Shown: positions 1 to 13,196 of the stretch, one piece after another
Layout of the letters: each line of letters opens with the position of its first letter
How positions within the stretch are numbered: position 1 is the stretch's first letter
Assembly (NCBI GenBank): GCA_051313645.2
Contig: JBNRSN020001110.1
Span: 1 to 60,303, forward strand
Reading direction: 5' to 3'
DNA from: Centroscyllium fabricii
Taxonomy: Eukaryota
DNA: 60,303 bases
The notes under the pieces: generated by a model
What the model saw: the letters and a program-made list of their open reading frames with translations, nothing else
Told to the model about the DNA's origin: nothing
The model's database searches: none
Translations under genes and position numbers: made by a program

Positions 1-3000
1 GGAGAACGGAGGGGCAGAGGGAGAACGGGAGGGGGCAGAGGGAGAAGGGAGGGGCAGAGGAGAACGGGAGGGGAGAACGGGAGGGGCAGAGGGAGAACGG
101 AGGGGGCAGAGGGAGAACGGGAGGGGGCAGAGAGAACGGGAGGGGGCAGAGGGAGAACGGGAGGGGGCAGAGGGAGAACGGGAGGGGGCAGAGGGAGAAC
201 GGGAGGGGGCAGAGGGAGAACGGGAGGGGGCAGAGGGAGAACGGGAGGGGGCAGAGGGAGAACGGGAGGGGGCAGAGGGAGAACGGGAGGGGGCAGAGGG
301 AGAACGGGAGGGGGCAGAGGGAGAACGGGAGGGGGCAGAGGGAGAACGGGAGGGGGCAGAGGGAGAACGGGAGGGGGCAGAGGGAGAACGGGAGGGGGCA
401 GAGGGAGAACGGGAGGGGGCAGAGGGAGAACGGGAGGGGGCAGAGGGAGAACGGGAGGGGGCAGAGGGAGAACGGGAGGGGGCAGAGGGAGAACGGGAGG
501 GGGCAGAGGGAGAACGGGAGGGGGCAGAGGGAGAACGGGAGGGGGCAGAGGGAGAACGGGAGGGGGCAGAGGGAGAACGGGAGGGGGCAGAGGGAGAACG
601 GGAGGGGGCAGAGGGAGAACGGGAGGGGGCAGAGGGAGAACGGGAGGGGGCAGAGGGAGAACGGGAGGGGGGCAGAGGGAGAACGGGAGGGGGGCAGAGG
701 GAGAACGGGAGGGGGGCAGAGGGAGAACGGGAGGGGGGCAGAGGGAGAACGGGAGGGGGCAGAGGGAGAACGGGAGGGGGCAGAGGGAGAACGGGAGGGG
801 GCAGAGGGAGAACGGGAGGGGGGCAGAGGGAGAACGGGAGGGGGCAGAGGGAGAACGGGAGGGGGGCAGAGGGAGAACGGGAGGGGGCAGAGGGAGAACG
901 GGAGGGGGGCAGAGGGAGAACGGGAGGGGGGCAGAGGGAGAACGGGAGGGGGGCAGAGGGAGAACGGGAGGGGGGCAGAGGGAGAACGGGAGGGGGGCAG
1001 AGGGAGAACGGGAGGGGGGCAGAGGGAGAACGGGAGGGGGGCAGAGGGAGAACGGGAGGGGGGCAGAGGGAGAACGGGAGGGGGGCAGAGGGAGAACGGG
1101 AGGGGGCAGAGGGAGAACGGGAGGGGGCAGAGGGAGAACGGGAGGGGGGCAGAGGGAGAACGGGAGGGGGGCAGAGGGAGAACGGGAGGGGGGCAGAGGG
1201 AGAACGGGAGGGGGGCAGAGGGAGAACGGGAGGGGGGCAGAGGGAGAACGGGAGGGGGGCAGAGGGAGAACGGGAGGGGGGCAGAGGGAGAACGGGAGGG
1301 GGGCAGAGGGAGAACGGGAGGGGGCAGAGGGAGAACGGGAGGGGGCAGAGGGAGAACGGGAGGGGGGCAGAGGGAGAACGGGAGGGGGGCAGAGGGAGAA
1401 CGGGAGGGGGGCAGAGGGAGAACGGGAGGGGGCAGAGGGAGAACGGGAGGGGGCAGAGGGAGAACGGGAGGGGGCAGAGGGAGAACGGGAGGGGGCAGAG
1501 GGAGAACGGGAGGGGGCAGAGGGAGAACGGGAGGGGGGCAGAGGGAGAACGGGAGGGGGGCAGAGGGAGAACGGAGGGGGCAGAGGGAGAACGGGGGGGC
1601 AGAGGGAGAACGGAGGGGGGCAGAGGGAGAACGGAGGGGGGCAGAGGGAGAAAGGGGGGCAGAGGGAGAAAGGGGGGCAGAGGGAGAAAGGGGGCAGAGG
1701 GAGAAAGGGGGGCAGAGGGAGAAAGGAGGGGGCAGAGGGAGAAAGGGGGGCAGAGGGAGAAAGGGGGGCAGAGGGAGAAAGGGGGGCAGAGGGAGAACGG
1801 GAGGGGGCAGAGGGAGAAAGGGGGGCAGAGGGAGAACGAGGGGGCAGAGGGAGAAAGGGGGGCAGAGGGAGAAAGGGGGGCAGAGGGAGAAAGGGGGGCA
1901 GAGGGAGAAAGGGGGGCAGAGGGAGAAAGGGGGCAGAGGGAGAAAGGGGGGCAGAGGGAGAAAGGGGGGCAGAGGGGAAGAAAGGGGGGCAGAGGGAGAA
2001 AGGGGGGCAGAGGGAGAAAGGGGGGCAGAGGGAGAAAGGGGGGCAGAGGGAGAAAGGGGGGCAGAGGGAGAAAGGGGGGCAGAGGGAGAAAGGGGGGCAG
2101 AGGGAGAAAGGGGGGCAGAGGGAGAAAGGGGGGCAGAGGGAGAAAGGGGGGCAGAGGGAGAAAGGGGGGCAGAGGGAGAAAGGGGGGCAGAGGGAGAAAG
2201 GGGGGCAGAGGGAGAAAGGGGGGCAGAGGGAGAAAGGGGGGCAGAGGGAGAAAGGGGGGCAGAGGGAGAAAGGGGGGCAGAGGGAGAAAGGGGGGCAGAG
2301 GGAGAAAGGGGGGCAGAGGGAGAAAGGGGGGCAGAGGGAGAAAGGGGGGCAGAGGGAGAACGGGGGGCAGAGGGAGAAAGGGGGGCAGAGGGAGAACGGG
2401 GGGCAGAGGGAGAACGGGGGGCAGAGGGAGAACGGGGGGCAGAGGGAGAACGGGGGGCAGAGGGAGAACGGGGGGCAGAGGGAGAACGGGGGGCAGAGGG
2501 AGAACGGGGGGCAGAGGGAGAACGGGGGGCAGAGGGAGAACGGGGGGCAGAGGGAGAACGGGGGGCAGAGGGAGAACGGGGGGCAGAGGGAGAACGGGGG
2601 GCAGAGGGAGAACGGGGGGCAGAGGGAGAACGGGGGGCAGAGGGAGAACGGGGGGCAGAGGGAGAACGGGGGGCAGAGGGAGAACGGGGGGCAGAGGGAG
2701 AACGGGGGGCAGAGGGAGAACGGGGGGCAGAGGGAGAACGGGGGGCAGAGGGAGAACGGGGGGCAGAGGGAGAACGGGGGGCAGAGGGAGAACGGGGGCA
2801 GACGGAGAACGGGGGCAGAGGGAGAACGGGGGGCAGAGGGAGAACGGGGGGCAGAGGGAGAACGGGGGGCAGAGGGAGAACGGGGGGCAGAGGGAGAACG
2901 GGGGGCAGAGGGAGAACGGGGGGCAGAGGGAGAACGGGGGGCAGAGGGAGAACGGGGGCAGAGGGAGAACGGGGGGCAGACGGGAGAACGGGGGGCAGAC

Positions 3001-5037
3001 GGAGAACGGGGGGCAGACGGAGAACGGGGGGCAGACGGAGAACGGGGGGCAGACGGAGAACGGGGGGCAGACGGAGAACGGGGGGCAGACGGAGAACGGG
3101 GGGCAGACGGAGAACGGGGGGCAGACGGAGAACGGGGGGCAGACGGAGAACGGGGGGCAGACGGAGAACGGGGGGCAGACGGAGAACGGGGGGCAGACGG
3201 AGAACGGGGGGCAGACGGAGAACGGGGGGCAGACGGAGAACGGGGGGCAGACGGAGAACGGGGGGCAGACGGAGAACGGGGGGCAGACGGAGAACGGGGG
3301 GCAGACGGAGAACGGGGGGCAGACGGAGAACGGGGGGCAGACGGAGAACGGGGGGCAGACGGAGAACGGGGGGCAGACGGAGAACGGGGGGCAGACGGAG
3401 AACGGGGGGCAGACGGAGAACGGGGGGCAGACGGAGAACGGGGGGCAGACGGAGAACGGGGGGCAGACGGAGAACGGGGGGCAGACGGAGAACGGGGGGC
3501 AGACGGAGAACGGGGGGCAGACGGAGAACGGGGGGCAGACGGAGAACGGGGGGCAGACGGAGAACGGGGGGCAGACGGAGAACGGGGGGCAGACGGAGAA
3601 CGGGGGGCAGACGGAGAACGGGGGGCAGACGGAGAACGGGGGGCAGACGGAGAACGGGGGGCAGACGGAGAACGGGGGGCAGACGGAGAACGGGGGGCAG
3701 ACGGAGAACGGGGGGCAGACGGAGAACGGGGGGCAGACGGAGAACGGGGGGCAGACGGAGAACGGGGGGCAGACGGAGAACGGGGGGCAGACGGAGAACG
3801 GGGGGCAGACGGAGAACGGGGGGCAGACGGAGAACGGGGGGCAGACGGAGAACGGGGGGCAGACGGAGAACGGGGGGCAGACGGAGAACGGGGGGCAGAC
3901 GGAGAACGGGGGGCAGACGGAGAACGGGGGGCAGACGGAGAACGGGGGGCAGACGGAGAACGGGGGGCAGACGGAGAACGGGGGGCAGACGGAGAACGGG
4001 GGGCAGACGGAGAACGGGGGGCAGACGGAGAACGGGGGGCAGACGGAGAACGGGGGGCAGACGGAGAACGGGGGGCAGACGGAGAACGGGGGGCAGACGG
4101 AGAACGGGGGGCAGACGGAGAACGGGGGGCAGACGGAGAACGGGGGGCAGACGGAGAACGGGGGGCAGACGGAGAACGGGGGGCAGACGGAGAACGGGGG
4201 GCAGACGGAGAACGGGGGGCAGACGGAGAACGGGGGGCAGACGGAGAACGGGGGGCAGACGGAGAACGGGGGGCAGACGGAGAACGGGGGGCAGACGGAG
4301 AACGGGGGGCAGACGGAGAACGGGGGGCAGACGGAGAACGGGGGGCAGACGGAGAACGGGGGGCAGACGGAGAACGGGGGCAGACGGAGAACGGGGGGCA
4401 GACGGAGAACGGGGGGCAGACGGAGAACGGGGGGCAGACGGAGAACGGGGGGCAGACGGAGAACGGGGGGCAGACGGAGAACGGGGGGCAGACGGAGAAC
4501 GGGGGGCAGACGGAGAACGGGGGGCAGACGGAGAACGGGGGGCAGACGGAGAACGGGGGGCAGACGGAGAACGGGGGGCAGACGGAGAACGGGGGGCAGA
4601 CGGAGAACGGGGGGCAGACGGAGAACGGGGGGCAGACGGAGAACGGGGGGCAGACGGAGAACGGGGGGCAGACGGAGAACGGGGGGCAGACGGAGAACGG
4701 GGGGCAGACGGAGAACGGGGGGCAGACGGAGAACGGGGGGCAGACGGAGAACGGGGGGCAGACGGAGAACGGGGGGCAGACGGAGAACGGGGGGCAGACG
4801 GAGAACGGGGGGCAGACGGAGAACGGGGGGCAGACGGAGAACGGGGGGCAGACGGAGAACGGGGGGCAGACGGAGAACGGGGGGCAGACGGAGAACGGGG
4901 GGCAGACGGAGAACGGGGGGCAGACGGAGAACGGGGGGCAGACGGAGAACGGGGGGCAGACGGAGAACGGGGGGCAGACGGAGAACGGGGGGCAGACGGA
5001 GAACGGGGGGCAGACGGAGAACGGGGGGCAGACGGAG
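1..5037. repeat. G-rich tandem satellite in SDHA intron 3; unit CAGAGGGAGAACGGGAGGGGG (21-22 bp) changing to 18-bp CAGA(G/C)GGAGAA(A/C)GGGGGG
   Basis: Periodicity read directly: 21/22 bp to about 1560, 18 bp afterwards. Confidence 0.97.
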
Positions 5038-5603
5038 GACAGGGGGTGGGAAAGAAGAAAAAAGTTACAGGAAGCTAAAATATTGAATTACCTTGTCACA
5101 AAGCATTAAATCTGTACTACCCACATAAATGTTGTGTACTTGATTTAGAATCACATTCTATTCCATGTAACTTCGACGCTGCTCTCTGCTAAAACTCAAT
5201 AGTCTAATCACTATTGATTGCATTGATTTGAGTTGGTTTATGGTCAAGAGGTTATAGCTTCGCAGTGCAACATATACCCTTCCTCAGCTATAACTGGAGT
5301 CCATACACACTCCTCCTCTGCTCTACACAGCTTACACCCCCAAAATTGGCAGCTCGGCTCTCCATCTCACAGTCTCCCTCACCTCTGCAACCCATGGATC
5401 CCCCAATTTGGAATTCTGCACTCTACCCTGTGCATAATACTGTCCACTCAACTCCTGCCAAATTTACAGCTTTATGTCCCAACTCATGCACATCTCCAAC
5501 CTGCAGTCTGCCGACCACGTGCACAAATTTGCAACACTGTAGTCTTCATATGCCTAAACAGATCTATTATCTGAAGCTGTTTTGTTGTAAGATAGCACGG
5601 CAT

Positions 5604-5865
5604 TGTGTTAGCCTTGGCTCAACGGTAGCACTGTTACCATCGAGACAGAATCTTGTGGTTTCAAGTCCAACTCCAGAGTCTTGATCACATAATCGAGTGC
5701 AGTGCTGAGAGAGTGCTGCATTGTCAGAGGTGCCGTTTTTCAAAAGAAATGTTAAACCCAGGCCCCACCTCGCCTCCCAGGTGGACTTGAAAGATCCTAT
5801 GACTTTATTCGAAGAGGAGCAGGGGAGTCAACTGGTGCCCTGGCCAATATTTATCCTTCAAACAA
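5604..5865 (+). mobile_element. Degenerate tRNA-headed DeuSINE (SacSINE1/AmnSINE-like)
   Basis: A/B-box-like head (TGGCTCAACGGTAG...GGTTTCAAGTCC) followed by Deu-domain-like GAGGTGCCGT...GTTAAACC...AGGTGGAC...AAAGATCC...GAAGAGGAGCAGGGGAG...CCTGGCCAATATTTATCC. Confidence 0.65.
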
Positions 5866-5879
5866 AAGTATATCTACGG

Positions 5880-8722
5880 CTACGCCTTGCCCAGCCACGT
5901 CCCCTAGCACAGTCCCCAGCCATGCCTTGCCCAGCCACGTCCACTAGCACAGTCCCCAGCCATGCCTTGCCCAGCCACGTCCCCTAGCACATTGCCCATC
6001 CATATCCCCTAGCACAGTCCCCAGCCACTTCCTGTAGCACAGACCCTAGCTACGCCTTGCCCAACCATGTCCCCTAGCAGATCCCAGCCATGCCTTGCCC
6101 AGCCACGTCCCTGAGCACAGACCCCAGCCATGTCTTGCCCAGCCACGTCCGAGCACAGACCCCAGCCATGCCTTGCCCAGCCACGTCCCCTACAACAGAT
6201 CCCAGCCACGCCTTGTCCAGCCACGTCCCCTAGCACAGACCCCATCCACGTCCCCTAGTAGACCCCAGCCACGCCTTGTCCAGCCATGTCCCCTAGCACA
6301 GTCCCTAGCCATGCCTTTAGTAGCCACGTCCCCTAGCACAGTCCCCAGCTACGCCTTGCCCAACCACGTCCCCTAGCAGTCCCCAGCCATGCCTTGCCCA
6401 GCCGTGTCCCCTAGCACAGTCCCCAGCCATGCCTTTCGTAGCCACGTCCCCTAGCAGTCCCCAGCTACACCTTGCCCAACCACGTCCCCTAGCAGTCCCC
6501 AGCCATGCCTTGCCCAGCCGCGTCCCCTAGCACAGTCCCCAGCCATGCCTTTCGTAGCCACGTCCCCTAGCACAGACCCCAGCTACGCCTTGCCCAGCCA
6601 CGTCCCCTAGCACATTCCCCATCCATATCCCCTAGCACCGTCCCCAGCCACTTCCTGTAGCACAGACCCTAGCTACGCCTTGCCCAACCATGTCCCCTAG
6701 CAGACCCCAGCCTTGCCTTGCCCAGCCACGTCCCCAGCACAGACCCCAGCCACGACCCCGAGCACAGACCCGAGCCATGCCTTGCCCAGCCACTTCCTGT
6801 AGCACAGACCCCAGCTACACCTTGCCCAGCCACGTCCCCTAGCACAGACCCCAGCCATGCCTTGCCCAGCCACGTCCCTGAGCACAGACCCCAGCCATGC
6901 CTTGCCCAGCCACGTCCCTGAGCACAGACCCGAGCCATGCCTTGCTGACGTATCGTCAAGGTCTTCAATTAAAAGAGTCGACGCGTAGTTACCGAAACTA
7001 AAGGCTTCTAATTACTAAAGAACGGAGCTACTCTCCTTACGAACTACTATACAGGAATGGATGGAGCCTCGGTCAGACCACACCTATATCGGGGCCTCAC
7101 CTGGGGGAGGAGTCGGGGGTGTGGCTGACCTGGCTCCCAACAGTGTCACAGTAAACCGGGCTGTGCCTAACATCTGCACAGCCCATCATTAGCCATGGTG
7201 ATACAGTGGTAATATAGATATAAGACGGTTACCACACTTGCCCAGCCACGTCCCAGAGCACAGACTCCAGCCACGCCTTGCCCAGCCACGTCCACAGCAC
7301 AGATCCCAGCTACGCCTTGCCCAGCCACATCCCCTAGCACAGACCCCAGCTACGCCTTGCCCAGCCACGTCCCCTAGCACAGTCCCCAGCCACGTCGCCT
7401 AGCACAGACCCCAGCCACGCCTTGTCCAGCCACGTCCCCTAGCACATTCCCCATCCATATCCCCTAGCACCATCCCCAGCCACTTCCTGTAGCACAGACC
7501 CTAGCTACGCCGTGCCCAACCATGTCCCCTAGCAGACCCCAGCCTCGCCTTGCCCAGCCACGTCCGAGCACAGACCCCAGCCATGCCTTGCCCAGCCACG
7601 TTCCTGAGCAGACCCCAGCCATGCCTTGCCCAGCCACGTCCCCTAGCACAGACCCCAGCCATGCCTTGCCCAGCCACGTCCCCTAGCAGACCCCAGCCAC
7701 GCCTTGCCCAGCCACGTCCCCTAGCAGACCCCAGCTACACCTTGCCCAGCCACGTCCCCTAGCACAGACCCCAGCCACGCCTTGTCCAGCCACGTCCCCT
7801 AGCACAGACCCCATCCACGTCCCCTAGTACAGACCCCAGCCACGCCTTGTCCAGCCATGTCCCCTAGCAGTCCCCAGCCATGCCTTGCCCAGCCACGTCC
7901 CCTAGCAGTCCCCAGCCATGCCTTTCGTAGCCACGTCCCCTAGCAGTCCCCAGCCATGCCTTGCCCAGCCACGTCTCCTAGCACAGACCCCATCCACGTC
8001 CTCTAGTAGTCCCCAGCCATGCCTTGCCCAGCTACGTCCCCTAGCAGTCCCCAGCCATGCCTTTCCCAGCCACGTCCCCTAGCACAGACCCCAGCCATGC
8101 CTTGCCCAGCCACGTCCCAGAGCACAGACCCCAGCCATGCCTTGTCCAGCCACGTCCCCTACAACAGATCCCAGCTACGCCTTGCCCAGCCACGTCCCCT
8201 AGCAGACCCCAGCTACACCTTGCCCAGCCACGTCCCCTAGCACAGACCCCAGCTACGCCTTGCCCAGCCACGTCGCCTAGCAGACCCCAGCCACGCCTTG
8301 TCCAGCCACGTCTCCTAGCAAGACCCCAGCCACGCCTTGTCCAGCCATGTCCCTTAGCACAGTCCCCAGCCACGTCGCCTAGCACAGACCCCAGCCATGC
8401 CTTGCCCAGCCACGTCCCCTAGCACAGTCCCCAGCCATGCCTTTCGTAGCCACGTCCCCTAGCACAGTCCCCAGCCACGTCCCCTAGCACAGTCCCCAGC
8501 CACGCCTTGCCCAGCCACGACCGAGCACAGACCCCAGCTATGCCTTGCCCAACTACGTCCCCTAGCACATTCCCCATCCATATGCCCTAGCACAGTCCTC
8601 AGCCATGCCTTGTCCAGCCACGTCCCCCAGCACAGACCCCAGCCACGCCTTGTCCAGCCACGTCCCATAAAACAGACCCCAGCCACGCCTTGTCCAGCCA
8701 CGTCCCCTAGCACAGTCCCCTA
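5880..8722. repeat. Minisatellite, 38-40 bp unit (CAGACCCCAGCCATGCCTTGCCCAGCCACGTCCCCTAGCA) with variant units
   Basis: 40-bp periodicity visible, e.g. 7621-7680; the overlapping Pro-rich ORFs arise from the repeat. Confidence 0.95.
6946..7236 (-). mobile_element. Solo LTR (Gypsy-type) inserted in the minisatellite
   Basis: TG...CA termini; 5-bp TSD CTTGC at 6941-6945 and 7237-7241; strand inferred from weak resemblance to the end of the LTR at 32364. Confidence 0.8.
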
Positions 8723-8842
8723 GTAGTTCTCACTCGGAACGGTCCTCGTGATCCTCACTCACACTGACCAATCACAATAGCTTGGGAAGAATGCAGTTGG
8801 TACAACTTTACACATTTAAACACAAATCAGAAAACATTACTA

Positions 8843-9097
<255 letters not shown>

Positions 9098-9550
9098 TCA
9101 GAAATAAAGGATCAGAGAAACAACAAATATTTTCACTGGTGCACAAAAACAGAGCATTCAAGTGTGAACATCTTTCATGTCGCTTTATATCCACCTCAAC
9201 ATTGGCACGATAGTGTAATGGTTAAGGTATTGGACTAGCAACCCAGAGGCCAGTGTCGGGAGGAGCAGAGAGCGGCTTTCTTTCAGAGGCTTACCAATCT
9301 CACAGACAGGAGGCGGCGTGCCGGAGCCACGTCACAATTCAAAAAGTGACGTGGGCAAGAGGAAGCAGCTGATTGGGTGAGTACGGCCAGGTGAGTATTT
9401 ATACTACTCTATAGTTTGACAGTTAAGATTAGGGTTGCAAAATTCTGGGAATTTTTGAAAAAGGAAACTTTCCATGGGAATTTTTGGGAATTTTGAGTTG
9501 TTTTGCACACTGATGGTTTTTGTCTCGCACCCTTATATTTCTTTGTCACC

Positions 9551-10372
9551 AATTCAATTCTATTTCAAGTTTTATTGTCATTGCAGAGTACTAGTACAAT
9601 ACAACGAGACGAAGACTCGACGCTCCCGAGAGTAGTGCAAATAAATTACATGCAAATTGCATACAGTAAAGTACATTACCAGGCGTGCAGGTACCGGAGT
9701 TCATTTTTAGAGTTCAGGAGGCTGACAGCCCTGGGGAAGAAGCTGTTCTTAAATCTAGACGTGCGGGTGCAAATTGATCTGTAGCGTCTCCTGGAGGGCA
9801 GGGGGGCGAACAGACTGTGGCTGGGGTGTGTGGGGTCTTTAATGATGTTCAGAGACCTCCGTAAGCAGCGTTTGAGTTAGATGCTTTCCATTGACGGTAG
9901 CTGGGTACCGGTGATTCGTTGGGCAGTTTTGACTACCCGCTGCAGTGTTTTCTGGTCCGAGATAGTGCAATTTCCATACCAGACTGTGATGCAGCTTGTC
10001 AGTATGCTTTCTATTGTGCAGCGGTAGAAGTTGGAGAGGATACCGGATGACAGCCTGGCTTTCTTCAGCTTCCTTAGGAAGTACAGGCGCTGTTGGGCCT
10101 TCTTAACCAGAGAGGAGGTGTTTAGTGACCAGGAGAGATCTTCCGAGATGTGGACCCCGAGGAACTTGAAGCTGGACACCCTTTCCACCTCAGCCCCTTG
10201 GATGAAGATGGGGGGGGGTGTCTTCTGCTTCCAGTCCTCCAGAAGTCCACTATGATCTCCTTAGTTTTCTTGGTGTTCAGTGCCAGGTTGTTGTCGGCAC
10301 ACCAACCCACAAGGCGCTGGATCTCATCCCTGTAAGCTGACTCGTCGTTGTTGGTGATCTGGCCAACCACCA
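9551..10372 (-). mobile_element. 5'-truncated Rex1/Babar-type LINE inside the hAT element
   Basis: SSFKFLGVHISEDLSWSLNTSSLVKKAQQRLYFLRKL; AATAAA plus TTGAA tail; closely matches the copy at 48071-48787. Confidence 0.85.
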
Positions 10373-10570
10373 AAATAGACATACTGTTCCATACAAATAA
10401 AAACAGACTTTCAAAACTTTATTTAGGTTATAATTTTGAACTTTATTTTATTTTAGATGGGTCTTTTTTGTGGGGGTTCAATAAAGAGTGTCAGCTTATT
10501 TAGCCTGAAATTTGTCCTTATTTTGTCCCTTTGAGTCTTCTACTCATGAGTCTTCCGAGTCTTCTACTCA

Positions 10571-12284
10571 TCATTGCTCCTCCTGATTCTCTGACTCTGA
10601 CGTGTCCATTTCCTCCTCTGAGTCACTGTCTAGCTATGTGGTGGACACTTCTGTATTTGGCTCAATAAGTTGTAGGTTTGCCCGGATAGCCACCAGTTTA
10701 TCCACTCTCGTTAGTAAGTCTCTTGTGCACCTTTGTATGCGTATTCCCAAAAAGTGAACAGTTGCATTCAGAGGCCGCTGATGAAGGTGTGATTTGGAGT
10801 ATCAGCGATGCAATGGGTGACAGGGCCTCAGATGTACAAAGTCCCTTCCACCAGACCTTGCTTGGTAGAGAATTTTGCCCGACTTCCCAGAACTTTGCCC
10901 ACGTCCAGATTGAGGTGGCGCGAGGGTAGGAATCACACGAAGTGCTGTTGATCTGTTCTCCAGAAAGTCTTGGTCTCCCAACATGCTCCATGAATCGGCT
11001 TGACATAAAATTCTTGACGCGTCTATGAATTGAACAATTGCCTTCTCCTCTGCTTTGCGCAGCAGGGATGTGGGTCGGGCAATTTGTTCTTTTAAATCAG
11101 CAAAAAGCCCGAGAACATCTGACAAGACAGCATCATCTCCTTCAATCTGAGCAATTGCAGTTGCTACTGCTGAGAGCAGTTTAAGGCTGCTCACCACTCT
11201 CTCCCAAAACACATCATCCAGCAGTATTTTCTTGATGGTGGTTTCCATATCCCCAGACTGGAATATTGCCATTTCTTGCAGCGACTCCTTACCCTCCAGA
11301 AGGCTGTTGTACATTATGACAATGCCACCCCATCTAATGTTGCTGGGCAGCTTCAATGTGGTGTTCTTGTTCTTTGTTGTTTGCTTGGAGTTGTAGGTTG
11401 CTGCAACTACCTGTTTTCCTCTGACATACTTAGCAACTTGCTTGGCTCTCTTGTACAATGTTTCCATGGTTCTCAAACCCATGATGTCCTTGAGGAGCAG
11501 GTTGAGCCCATGAGCTGCGCATCCAATAGACGTAATATGAGGGTAGGCCTCCTCCACTTGAGCCCAAGCAGCCTTCATATTCGCAGCATTGTCAGTAACT
11601 ACTACAAAGACCTTTTGTGATCCAAGATCGTTGATGACCGCTTTCAGCTCATCAGCAATGTATGTGCCTGTGTGTCTGTTGTCCTTCGTGTCTGTGCTCT
11701 TGAACACTGGGAGAGGAGTGGAGACAATGTTGTTTATGATGCCCTCCCCTCGTACATTTGACCACCCATCTGAGATAACTGCAACACAGTCTGCCATCTC
11801 TATTGTTTCTTTGAGCTTTCCTTGGACTGTTATACTCAGCCTCCAGCAAATAAGTAGACAAAGCATGTCTGGTAGGAGGACAGTATGCAGGGCGAATAAC
11901 ATTGAAAAATCTCTTCCAGTACACATTGGCTGTAAGCATGAGGGGTGAGCCTGTTGCATATACAGCTCAAGCAAGACACTCATCTGCATTCTTCTGGCTA
12001 TGGTTATCCATTGTATCAAAGAACCGTCCAAGTGGACCAGGAGTTGCTGATAATAAGGAGCCTGATGCTGAATGTGAACCATCATCTTCACGAATGGAAG
12101 CAGAGGAACTCTGGGCTGAATGCTGTGAGCTTTAAGTGAAGTTGTAGCATTTGGATAATTGCTGCTGCATCTTTGTGGCATTCTTTACATATGGCTTTGT
12201 ACAGTGTTTGCACATGTACACAGTCTTTCCATCTTTAATGCCTGGGGTAAAATGCTTCCACATATCCGATGGTAAAAGTGGCAT
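10571..12284 (-). pseudogene. Frameshifted hAT transposase (BED finger, DUF659-type core, C-terminal dimerisation region)
   Basis: WKHF...YMCKHC BED finger; SDGWSN, VTDNAANM, CAAHGLNL and RW motifs spread over several frames. Confidence 0.9.
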
Positions 12285-13023
12285 TGTTCCATGCAGAGAA
12301 ATAAAGAGCATTCGTCTCTGTGTCGAACTGCGGTCGATCAGCACGATTGCAACATGGTGAGTAAATTTTTCCTGATGCTCCATGTGATGGAAGCATGACC
12401 TGTGCACGCACGACGCTACATCACCCGATCAGGACACATTTGTTCACAGTCACACATAAAACTTGTAATTATTAAAACAAGCCAAGTATGAAGATAAACA
12501 TATATTAAGAAATTCCTTAATAATTATGATTCCATCTCTGTTAGTAATTTTAACAGGACCTGTGGAAGAAAATGAAAGAAATAGAAAAAAAAATTATGCT
12601 AGCATGTGCTTTTATAGGTAAAATTCCTAAGATTCCCAAGCTAAACATCCTGTGGAAAATTTCCAGAAATTTACCAGAAACTTTCCACCCCTTGGCAACC
12701 CTAGTTAAGATTAATAGTTTATAAAATTTAGACGGTCTTAATTTTTGTGGTTATAGTTTCTAAGGTCTCTGTTGTGTATCGGGGAGTGCTAGTAACAAAG
12801 GGACCTTGAGTATATCATTTAATTGTAGTGTAATTAGTGGTATTGATTTGATTTAATTTAAATTAAAGGGTAATTCATGGCAAGACAGCTCAGCCCCGTG
12901 GCATGCTCCTCCTGCGCTATGTGGGAAATGTGTGCGGGAAGTGTATCCAGCTGAAGTTACTGACAATGCATTGCGGCGCTAGAGCTGCAAATGGATACAT
13001 ACTGGAGCATTCGCGATGGAGGA

Positions 13024-13196
13024 CATAGAAACATAGAAACTAGGAGCAGGAGTAGGCCATTTGGCCCTTCGAGCCTGCTCCGCCATTCAGTGAGATCATG
13101 GCTGATCATCCAAACCCAGTACCCCGCCCCTGTCCTCTCCCCATATCCCTCGATCCCTATCGAGCCTGCATTAACACATATCCCACCCTATCCCCG
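13024..13196 (-). mobile_element. 3' fragment of HE1-type SINE inside CR1 ORF1
   Basis: Matches the 3' half of the SINE at 40492. Confidence 0.8.

Larger units (their letters stand above)
9430..12703 (-). mobile_element. hAT DNA transposon inserted in the CR1 5' UTR
   Basis: TIRs TAGGGTTGC / GCAACCCTA; exact 8-bp TSD GTTAAGAT at 9422-9429 and 12704-12711; subterminal GGAA(A)TT repeats. Confidence 0.95.

Noticed and set aside
5721-8713. Many overlapping PCPATSP/GRGWARH ORFs
   Set aside because: Products of the 40-bp minisatellite in several frames.
5880-8722. CRISPR-like array
   Set aside because: No unique spacers, no cas genes, vertebrate context.
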